From positions 160,001 through 224,000 of the forward strand of contig OY970229.1 in assembly GCA_963714085.1 (NCBI GenBank): DNA of 64,000 nucleotides. Reading direction: 5' to 3'. The position numbers and the translations under genes are program-made. Positions 9,333-17,017 of the stretch are shown piece after piece. A model generated the notes under the pieces. That model did no database searches. It was not told the origin of the DNA and worked only from the letters and a program-made list of their open reading frames with translations. Source of the DNA: an uncultured Candidatus Micrarchaeota archaeon. Lineage in GTDB: Archaea; Micrarchaeota; Micrarchaeia; Anstonellales; Bilamarchaeaceae. Each line of letters starts with the position of its first letter. Position 1 is the stretch's first letter.

Positions 9333-10247
9333 ATGGAGCATGCGCAGCCCAAAAACCGTAAACTTGAATTACGGCTTAAAGAAGGATTTCTTTCACCTAA
9401 TGTAAGAAGAGAACTCAAAGGACCCATTTCATGCATTACTACTATGAAGCCTATTGTTGAAGTTACATTTAATAGAAAGCCACCTGTTTTTGGAGCGATT
9501 GATAATACTAGACCCCGGCAGATTGTCGGTCCTAGCCAAAAACTTGAAACTCTTAAAACAATGGCAATGGCATTGAGGACATTTGGTGAAAAAGTTCGCA
9601 TAGCTGAATTAGTTGATATGGTAAGAAAAAACCTGGTCTATCCGTACCCTGGTTCTGGCTTAGAGGCCCGATTTGATGCTTTGGAAAATGATGCCAAACA
9701 AGATGATGATAAACGACTTTCATTGGGGAAAGGAGTGCGATCTGAAAATCTGTCCGTTTTTGTAGATGCTGGAATTGGCAAATGCAGGCATTTTGCTGCA
9801 CTTTATGGGATTCTTGGCGCTTCGGCTAATTTAGACGTAGAACTTTTAGGCGGAATTGTAAGAAATTTCAATAGACCTGACACTAAATTACCTGCTTTCA
9901 AATCAATCCCCTTGGGCGTACAAGTTGAGCATGCTTTCAATGAAGTTCATTTAAATGGCGAAAGGATTCCTGTTGATCCTACGGCAAACATGGTTTGTTT
10001 TGACGATTCATCAAAAGCAGTGCACTACGAAAATTATGGTGTATGCCAGTTCAAAGACGACGAGGTCTCAATCCATGCATCAGATAGAGTTTTGAGCATG
10101 ACACAGCAATTTAATCTTACACGAAGTGGTTTGATAGTAAGGATTAGTGTAGCTGGGGAACCCAAAGCCCCATTGACTGCTTCTTTTGATATGGAAATTC
10201 AAAGCGCTAAACCTATAGTTGAAGGAGTCGAAATCCAAGTTTCATGA
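9333..10247 (+). CDS. Transglutaminase/papain-like Cys-His-Asp domain protein, AT-rich
   Basis: GKCRHFAAL, EHAFNEV and VDPT give the triad; visibly AT-richer than its flanks. Confidence 0.7.
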   Translation: MEHAQPKNRKLELRLKEGFLSPNVRRELKGPISCITTMKPIVEVTFNRKPPVFGAIDNTRPRQIVGPSQKLETLKTMAMALRTFGEKVRIAELVDMVRKNLVYPYPGSGLEARFDALENDAKQDDDKRLSLGKGVRSENLSVFVDAGIGKCRHFAALYGILGASANLDVELLGGIVRNFNRPDTKLPAFKSIPLGVQVEHAFNEVHLNGERIPVDPTANMVCFDDSSKAVHYENYGVCQFKDDEVSIHASDRVLSMTQQFNLTRSGLIVRISVAGEPKAPLTASFDMEIQSAKPIVEGVEIQVS

Positions 10248-10309
10248 TTCATTCTTTCGCTCCGTTTCAGCTGCCTAGTAGCCTAATCCGTATAAAGACT
10301 GTTTCGGGT

Positions 10310-10342
10310 GGACCATCTTTCCAGTGATTGGGGATTTGAACC
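10310..10342. repeat. 33-bp direct repeat, copy 2
   Basis: Identical to 9172-9204. Confidence 0.95.
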
Positions 10343-10398
10343 CGAATTCGGTATAATGTCGCTTTTTAAGTATTAATGCGAAGGTTTAAATAAAGCGA

Positions 10399-11052
10399 AT
10401 GGGCAATGATATCATGGGAACGCCATCACTTAGGATGAAAAGCCTTGAGGATACCTGTAGAGATAGGCCCAGGGACAGGCTAACGGTGTATAAGCTGCCT
10501 GCTGAAAAATTGAATCTGCTAGGGACCGAGCTTAGATGCAGACTTGGCCCTACCGAAGCCGGAAATCTCCTTCGCGCTCTTTGCGAGGAAGACGATGCTA
10601 CGTTGGGGATGATCGGCGTCTCTCATGAAACGTTATCTGAACGATTGAAATCCCGGATACTGAATCCGAAAGCTACGGATAGAATCGATTTAAGCAGAGG
10701 CATCGAACACTGCCCATTCGGCAATGCGGGCTCATGCGACGTTCCTGAGCTATCTTCTGCAACGATCGCCCTCGTCAAAGTAGAATTGGATGCCGCACTG
10801 CGGTTTTCGCATCTGTTGGTCCATTTGGTCGCTGGGCACGGTTTTTTCGGATTTCCGGAACCGTCCTACACCGGCGTACCGGTCAGTACGTCCCGTGCGT
10901 GGCCCTTGGATCTCGCGCTCATGCTGGATTTGATTGACTCGGAGAAGCATGCGAGGGTAATTTCACAAGTCTATGGAGACGCGCTTACATGGAAAAGCCG
11001 ATTTTGGCCGGTTCGCGAGCTGGGACCAGGTCCTACTAGCGACTATAGATAG
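10399..11052 (+). CDS. Hypothetical protein
   Basis: 217-aa ORF after an AT-rich TATA-like region. Confidence 0.65.
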   Translation: MGNDIMGTPSLRMKSLEDTCRDRPRDRLTVYKLPAEKLNLLGTELRCRLGPTEAGNLLRALCEEDDATLGMIGVSHETLSERLKSRILNPKATDRIDLSRGIEHCPFGNAGSCDVPELSSATIALVKVELDAALRFSHLLVHLVAGHGFFGFPEPSYTGVPVSTSRAWPLDLALMLDLIDSEKHARVISQVYGDALTWKSRFWPVRELGPGPTSDYR

Positions 11053-11228
11053 AGTTGATTACTCCATCCGATCCATGCGAACAGAAGACATCGCATTTCA
11101 ATTCTTTTTAGGCCGATCCAAGCATTCTCTTCCTGGAACTGCTTTTCCTAGCCCTTGACGGAAATGGATTGGCGCCGATGCGCCCGCCCTATTGAAAAAG
11201 TTTTTTAAACGTTAACTAGGAAATCCGC

Positions 11229-11291
11229 TATGGCGATGAAGCTCACCAGGCACTAGACCGAACCGCCCTCACCGGGCTGATGGCTTCTACT
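11229..11291 (+). ncRNA. Fluoride (crcB-class) riboswitch
   Basis: TATGGCGATGAAGCTCACC...AACCGCCCTCACCGGGCTGATGGCTTCTAC. Shows GGCGATG start, P1 GGCGA/TCACC (one mismatch), P2 GCCC/GGGC, GCTGATG and pseudoknot GAAGC/GCTTC-TAC. A TTTTAAA box lies ~25 nt upstream. Confidence 0.8.
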
Positions 11292-11309
11292 TCCAGAGGG
11301 ACAGATGCT

Positions 11310-11462
11310 ATGAACGTTGAAGACGCAAGGGTATGCACGACATGCCTCATGAACACCGGAATGAACATTTTGTTGGCCAAGAAAGACGACGTGTTCGTAT
11401 GCCCCAAGAATCCTGCGCACAGGTTCAGGCTGGGAAAAGACGGCTACCTGAGATCGATTTAG
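11310..11462 (+). CDS. 50-aa zinc-ribbon-like micro-protein
   Basis: CTTC...CPKNPAH ligand set; GAGGG RBS-like element upstream of the ATG. Confidence 0.7.
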   Translation: MNVEDARVCTTCLMNTGMNILLAKKDDVFVCPKNPAHRFRLGKDGYLRSI

Positions 11463-11918
11463 CATTCGTATTCGAAGACGGTTTCCATGGACGCGGCTTG
11501 AGCCTCGGCGCGTCAATCGCTCTGGACGACCGGAAAACAAAAGATTAGCGTCTTTCACTCGTCGTCCTTAACCGGAGCAAGCTGCGGCTTGCAATTAAGC
11601 CTAAGGAAAGATTCGTCATACCCTGAGACGAGCGAAAAAAGAGATGCCTTGATTCCGTCAAACAATCGGATCCGCATGACTCCCTTTAGCCGGACCTTGT
11701 ATATAATGCCGCGTTTTCACGTCGGAGAGTTCCGGAAGGCCTGAAACGATGGCTTTGCACAGGAAAAACCGCGAAACGTGTCCCCAAACCATAGGAAACC
11801 CCGGCCTGCGGATGACGCTGACCCTAATCGCCGGTTTTTGGGTTAGGGCGCGCGCAGCGGAAAGAACGGTGTCAGAAAGAGGACTGACACGCTGAAGCAA
11901 AGCGTTTTATAACCTAGT

Positions 11919-12785
11919 ATGGAAAATCAGCTCATGCGGACTCTCATCCTATTGTGCGTACTTGGAATCTTCGCGGTTTTCCTGGCCGGCTGCACGCAGG
12001 CCCCGACCACGTCCCCGCCGCCACAGACGCAGCACCTGTGCAGCGACGGCACCACGATAGTCACGGATATGAGCCAGTGCCCGCAGGTGGACAGCGAGAT
12101 GCTCCAATGCCAGAAGGAGTCCACGGCCGAGGATTCCAACGGCGACAGCCCGCACAGCACGTGCCTCTTCAACCTCGCAGTGGAGCGCAACAACGTCTCT
12201 CTCTGCAAGGAGATATACACCAGCCAGCCGGACTACGCGCAGTACAGCCCGGCCAAATGCGGTGCGCATATCGCGGACAGCATGAACGACCCGACCGTCT
12301 GCGACCAGCTCGGCCTCACGTCGAGCTCGGAATGCTACAGCCAGCTGGCCACCTCGGCCCAGGACCCGACCATCTGCGAGTCCATAAAAACCAGCACGCT
12401 GAGGGACAACTGCATCTACAGCTATGTGCTCGACAATTCGTATGAGATAAGCGACTGGAGCGTCTGCGACAAGCTGACCCCGGCCAGCTCTGACGCGGAC
12501 TACTGCTATTACACCGCGGCGACGAGCAGCGAGAACTCGAAGTACTGCGACAAGATGTCAGGGAGCTCGATCGCGTATACGACCGCGGACTGCTACGGGG
12601 ACGTGGCCTACGGCACGAGCACCCCGACTCTGTGCGGCTCGCTTTCCAAACAGAGCGACAAGGACGAATGCTACTATGACTACGCAACCAGCGCGTACAA
12701 TACGAGCATGTGCAACTACATCTCGAGCCCGACGAAGAAGACCGACTGCATGATGTACGCCAATTATACCGATAGCTACTATTGA
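11919..12785 (+). CDS. Cys-rich repeat surface (lipo)protein
   Basis: Signal peptide with LAGC lipobox-like motif; repeated (D/N)xxxCxxL/I...xCY units. Confidence 0.85.
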   Translation: MENQLMRTLILLCVLGIFAVFLAGCTQAPTTSPPPQTQHLCSDGTTIVTDMSQCPQVDSEMLQCQKESTAEDSNGDSPHSTCLFNLAVERNNVSLCKEIYTSQPDYAQYSPAKCGAHIADSMNDPTVCDQLGLTSSSECYSQLATSAQDPTICESIKTSTLRDNCIYSYVLDNSYEISDWSVCDKLTPASSDADYCYYTAATSSENSKYCDKMSGSSIAYTTADCYGDVAYGTSTPTLCGSLSKQSDKDECYYDYATSAYNTSMCNYISSPTKKTDCMMYANYTDSYY

Positions 12786-12787
12786 GG

Positions 12788-13477
12788 CTACCAGACGTAG
12801 GGGACCAGCCGGTACCTGGTCCTCTGGCAATACTCTTCGTATCCTTTTAGCTCCTTCTGCAGCGTCCCATCCTCCATGTAAGTGCGGACTACGAACAATG
12901 CGGACGCGCACAGCGCGGGGATGATTCCATAGAGCGAGCCGAACGCAAGCGGGATGCATATGTAGAAGACGATCGCGCCCACGTACATCGGATGCCGCAC
13001 GAACCCGTAGGGGCCTGTGGACACCACGGTCTGGCCCTTCGTGACCTGGACCATCCTCCGGGCGAACGCGTTCTCCCTCATCACGAAGGACGCGAGCACG
13101 AACGCGAGCGCCAGGCCCGCGAAGCCGAGCGCCTCGATTTGAAGCGGCAGCCTGGGCCAGTGGAAGCGCAGCCCGAGCCCGGAGATTACGAATATGGCTA
13201 TGAAAAGCGCTCCTATGAGGGACATTACCGCCATGTCCCAGCCCCTGGCGGACCACCCTTTCATGCCGACGCGTTCCTCGAGAAGGCCAGGATTATTTTT
13301 CAGCAGCCATGCCCCTATCACGAGCGAGAAGACGGCGTACAATCCGAGGAACGCCCATCCCTCGGGCCAGTTCAGGGTGCCTGCGGGCGCGAACACGAGG
13401 ATTGCGAAAAAGAGGAGGAAAAGCACCCAGCGGGCCAGGATGCCGGCAATCGGAACCTTCTTCGGCGATATGTCCAT
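12788..13477 (-). CDS. Isoprenylcysteine carboxyl methyltransferase/PEMT-family membrane protein
   Basis: Multiple TM segments; VVSTGPYGFVRHPMY, EDGTL and RYRLVPYVW motifs. Confidence 0.88.
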   Translation of the reverse strand: MDISPKKVPIAGILARWVLFLLFFAILVFAPAGTLNWPEGWAFLGLYAVFSLVIGAWLLKNNPGLLEERVGMKGWSARGWDMAVMSLIGALFIAIFVISGLGLRFHWPRLPLQIEALGFAGLALAFVLASFVMRENAFARRMVQVTKGQTVVSTGPYGFVRHPMYVGAIVFYICIPLAFGSLYGIIPALCASALFVVRTYMEDGTLQKELKGYEEYCQRTRYRLVPYVW

Positions 13478-13545
13478 GTGGTTAGAATGCCAGCGAAGAA
13501 TAAAAATAGCGCGGACGCGCGGAGCCGTCCGCCATTAATACGATA

Positions 13546-13638
13546 AGCCAGGTGGAGGAGTTGAACCACCCTATGCCGCTTTGTGCCGCCCGGATGGGGC
13601 GACTGCAGGCGGCCGCATAGCCGATCTGCCAACCTGGC
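13546..13638 (-). tRNA. tRNA-Cys(GCA) with a 22-nt intron at position 37/38 (intron 13581-13602)
   Basis: Acceptor stem GCCAGGT/ACCTGGC, U73 discriminator, anticodon stem GCCGC/GCGGC, loop CT-GCA-G|intron|A, T-arm GGTGG-TTCAACT-CCTCC. CCA is not encoded. TTTAAA box upstream. Confidence 0.92.
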
Positions 13639-13699
13639 TTGTTGGGATGATTAGAAGGCATGAAAAGATTTAAATTGCATGGGCACGGGGGCCGGAAGC

Positions 13700-14173
13700 T
13701 CATGCCAGTTTGAGCGAGTTGTCCGCTGCCAGGTGGGAGAAGAAGCCGATGAAGCCGGCCAGCGCGTAGTACCTGCCGATGAAGACGTAGAGCAGGACCG
13801 TGAACCCGATGCACATCGCCAGGGAATGGACGACGCCCCTGTGCCTGGGCATCACGAAAACGACGAAGAGGAGGTACGCGCCGAGCAGGGCGAGGGCTAT
13901 CATGGCGATTGCGCCCAGCTGCCCCAGGCCCGGGATGCAGATGGTTCCGCTGCAGGAGGACGAATACGACAGGAAGAAGGCGGCGGCGACTGCGACCACG
14001 TCCATGACCTTCCTCCCCTTGCTCTGGCCGGTGTCGATGTCCGGAATCAGGGCAGAGAGCCCGGCGATTGCGGCCAGGGGCAGCAGCTGCAGAGGGCTGG
14101 TCACGCCTATGAGGAGATAGAAGAGCGCCAGGGACGCGACGATCCCGATGACCAGGTGGGATTTCCAGTCCAT
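13700..14173 (-). CDS. YdjM-like membrane metal-dependent hydrolase
   Basis: KSH, PDID, HRGVVHSL and SHLAAD motifs with TM helices. Confidence 0.85.
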   Translation of the reverse strand: MDWKSHLVIGIVASLALFYLLIGVTSPLQLLPLAAIAGLSALIPDIDTGQSKGRKVMDVVAVAAAFFLSYSSSCSGTICIPGLGQLGAIAMIALALLGAYLLFVVFVMPRHRGVVHSLAMCIGFTVLLYVFIGRYYALAGFIGFFSHLAADNSLKLA

Positions 14174-14212
14174 GATAAGGGATTGGAAAAGAAAGAATAA
14201 AAGAGAGGCGGG

Positions 14213-15070
14213 TCAGTGGACCTCGAAGCTCACTGAGACCGTGGTGCTTACCTCCACCTGGCCCGATGAGAGCTGGGTGGACACCGCGGCTCCCGGCGCC
14301 ATCGCGGACAGCATCGCCCCGCTGTTGTATACCGGCTGCGGGACGTAGTACGACTCGCTTGCCGAGCTCACGTTGCCCAGCGACACGCCGAGGCCCGTGG
14401 CTATGTTCTGCGCCTTGGCCTTGGCCTCCGCGGAGGCGTTCTCGAGCAGCGACTGCTCCACAGCCGCGCGGGTCGAGTCCTGGAGCGTGAACGACACCGA
14501 GTTCACAAGCGTCTGGTTCACTCCGGCGGTCGATGCCGCATCTATTATCTGGCCTCCCTTGTCAAGATGCTTCACGCTCAGGAGGAGCTCCTGGGTCGTG
14601 GTGTACCCGATCACAGTGGACTGGTACTGGCAGTTGCCGCTGGTCTTGTCGCACACGTAGCTGCTGTTGTAGTCCGGCTCCACGTTGTAGTACGTGGTCT
14701 GGATGTCCGAGCTCGTGAGGCCCTGGGCCTCCAGCTTGGTCATCAGGTCAGCCACCACTGCCGCGTTGTCCGACTGGGACTTCGCCGCGGTCGTGCCGTC
14801 CGTCTTGACGCTCATGTCTATGAGGAGCAGGTCCGGAGCTACGTTCTGCGTCGCCTCCGCGGACACGCTTATGGTGTGGTCCTCAGGGGTGCTCGACACG
14901 TATACGTTCGGGCTCGCGGGGTTCACGGTCACCTTGGGCGCGTAATCGCCCAAAGAGAGCAGATATGCTCCCCCAAGCATGCCTATCATCAGCAGGAACG
15001 CGCCGGCGATCATCATGCCGCGCCTAGGCGGGCCGCGCATCGGTGGTTCATCCTCATCATTCTTTGCCAT
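14213..15070 (-). CDS. SIMPL (DUF541) protein, second paralog
   Basis: TISVSAEATQNVAPD and AKAKAQNIATGLGVSLG motifs; N-terminal TM. Confidence 0.88.
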   Translation of the reverse strand: MAKNDEDEPPMRGPPRRGMMIAGAFLLMIGMLGGAYLLSLGDYAPKVTVNPASPNVYVSSTPEDHTISVSAEATQNVAPDLLLIDMSVKTDGTTAAKSQSDNAAVVADLMTKLEAQGLTSSDIQTTYYNVEPDYNSSYVCDKTSGNCQYQSTVIGYTTTQELLLSVKHLDKGGQIIDAASTAGVNQTLVNSVSFTLQDSTRAAVEQSLLENASAEAKAKAQNIATGLGVSLGNVSSASESYYVPQPVYNSGAMLSAMAPGAAVSTQLSSGQVEVSTTVSVSFEVH

Positions 15071-15141
15071 ATTATCACCTGAGATGATAAAACAGGCAAA
15101 TAATAAGTAGTTTCGGTTTTGCTTCGGTGTAGACCGCGGGG

Positions 15142-15822
15142 CTATGGCGAGGTCGGAATGGGCGGGCCTGTTGTGCCAGGCCCTTGAGGAACGCTCTTGG
15201 CCCCTTTGGGGAGCAGGCTCTCCAGGAGGCGGACTATCCTCTGGAAGAAACGCTCGGTGACATAATGCAATAGCGTGATTTCGCGGGCGTATTCTACGCC
15301 GGAGGACGCTTCGAAGGCAGCGGCCGCGTGTTTGGCTATCGCAGCGTAGTCCCGGTCAGAAAGCGATACGATATGGAGCGACTCCAGTTTGTGCGCGGAG
15401 AATAAACCTCTGCTGTTGTGATGATACGCATTGGCCAGCATGACCGGAAGCTCGCCAGCAGGGCCGAATGACGTATGCCCGCCCGCATTGTACGCCTTTA
15501 GCGCGAAGCGGAATGCGAATTGGAGGGATGAGGAAACCGAATCTGCGCCCAATCCAAGGGAGCTGAGGAACTCATTGACCGTGCATGGCTTGGCCGGGTC
15601 TGGCATCTTGCTGGCATGGCCGAAGAAACCGTGCTTCTCGATGTGCCATAATTCCGAGCGCCTGGTGCAGTGGAAGGAGAGGCGCGGGAGCCTGGGCAAA
15701 TCGCTCTCCGTGAGTGAGGTCCGCACAATCACCTCGTCCAGCGCCGCGTGGATGCGGAAGCGCCTTTGCACGCGCCCTTTGTCAGGAGCGGTCTTGTCAG
15801 TGGCTGTGCGTAACGTGGTCAT
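15142..15822 (-). CDS. Hypothetical protein
   Basis: 226-aa ORF with a TTTATAAA box upstream. Confidence 0.6.
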   Translation of the reverse strand: MTTLRTATDKTAPDKGRVQRRFRIHAALDEVIVRTSLTESDLPRLPRLSFHCTRRSELWHIEKHGFFGHASKMPDPAKPCTVNEFLSSLGLGADSVSSSLQFAFRFALKAYNAGGHTSFGPAGELPVMLANAYHHNSRGLFSAHKLESLHIVSLSDRDYAAIAKHAAAAFEASSGVEYAREITLLHYVTERFFQRIVRLLESLLPKGAKSVPQGPGTTGPPIPTSP

Positions 15823-15910
15823 ATAGTTATTATATATGTATAATAGTGTTTATAAATAGTCGCATGTCGCGATTCTGGAGAACGCGGGCGGCCCGGCTTT
15901 GGCTTTAATG

Positions 15911-15934
15911 CGTCGTATTGGCCGGCTTCACGTG
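15911..15934. repeat. 24-bp direct repeat, second copy at 16528-16551
   Basis: CGTCGTATTGGCCGGCTTCACGTG is exact in both places and brackets gene 15971-16504. Confidence 0.9.
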
Positions 15935-15970
15935 CAGAATTATAAAACTAATCGTTGCAATACACGTATT

Positions 15971-16504
15971 ATGAAAAGACTCGTGGCAAAACAACTTGCA
16001 ATAGGCGCACTCGCAGGGGTGTTGGCGTTTACCGGAGTTCCGGCTTGCGGCAACAGAGCAGGGCAGGAAGCGAAGCAGCGGGAGAACCTGGCTCTCAGGC
16101 AGGAACTGCTGAGATTCAAGAATGAGCGCATCGAAGGCGCGTGCCGGCTCTCTACCAGCGAAGTTTTGCTCACGCTGAAAAACGGCAAAGGCGTGGTCCT
16201 CCAGTCAATCGAGCCGCTCCACCGCATGTCTTTTGATGCAAGGATCGAACTCACGAAAGATAAGACGCTATTCTTCAGATTGCCGGGCGAAATCAGCCCG
16301 GATACCCAGCAAGGCGAGTTGACGCTGACCACCTGGGACGGCAGGAACCAATACTCCAGCGGACCCCTTATCCTCGAGGTTCCGATGTGCGAAAAAGGCC
16401 AGGCAAGGATGCGCAATCCGAACATCTCCGCGATTGCAGCCCATGGCAACGCCAGCGGAGATAGCGGGATATTGCTGCTCGGAACGCTCTTTCTCCTGAT
16501 GTGA
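15971..16504 (+). CDS. Secreted/lipoprotein-like hypothetical protein
   Basis: MKRLVAKQLAIGALAG...PAC signal; hydrophobic C-terminus. Confidence 0.65.
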   Translation: MKRLVAKQLAIGALAGVLAFTGVPACGNRAGQEAKQRENLALRQELLRFKNERIEGACRLSTSEVLLTLKNGKGVVLQSIEPLHRMSFDARIELTKDKTLFFRLPGEISPDTQQGELTLTTWDGRNQYSSGPLILEVPMCEKGQARMRNPNISAIAAHGNASGDSGILLLGTLFLLM

Positions 16505-16615
16505 CGAACAGGCCTTGCGATTCAATCCGTCGTATTGGCCGGCTTCACGTGTGACTTTGGGTGCAAAGCTTCCCGGACCCAAGGCATTTAAAATCACGCG
16601 ACGCTAGAGTCAGGC

Positions 16616-17017
16616 ATGGAACCCGTGACTTCGCTGCTGGAGGCGTTCGCGCTGTTGGTCGGCCTGGGGATGGCCGGCCGCATCGTGGCGGTGATATGGC
16701 CAGCCCGCACCAAGGAACTGGTCAGACAGAAAGTCGGGATGGTCAGCGACGGCCAACTGAGGATGATCGGCGCCGCGCTCGTCGTCCTCGGCGTCCTCTC
16801 AGGCGTCGTGGTCTTCAGCGCGCTCTCGGTGACGCAAGTCGCGGCGGTGTTGTTCGCTTTCAGCTTTCTTGCAGGGGGCTGCGTGCTCCTCGTCCCCAGG
16901 CTCGCCAGGTCGTTCTGGAGGGAGGATGCCGAGATGTCCGACGCGAACATGCGCATGCTCGCGGCCCTAACGACGCTCATCGGCCTGATCATAATCTATC
17001 TGGTGCTGCGATCCTAA
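16616..17017 (+). CDS. Small multi-pass membrane protein
   Basis: 133 aa with about 4 hydrophobic segments; TTTAAAA box upstream. Confidence 0.7.
   Translation: MEPVTSLLEAFALLVGLGMAGRIVAVIWPARTKELVRQKVGMVSDGQLRMIGAALVVLGVLSGVVVFSALSVTQVAAVLFAFSFLAGGCVLLVPRLARSFWREDAEMSDANMRMLAALTTLIGLIIIYLVLRS

Noticed and set aside
11463..11900. RNase P RNA or SRP RNA
   Set aside because: I could not find the GAGGAAAGUCC-like P4 or the SRP helix-8 signature on either strand; kept only as an unknown structured candidate.
12788..13560. Integrated element at the tRNA-Cys 3' end
   Set aside because: I found no second copy of the tRNA 3' end and no integrase in the window.
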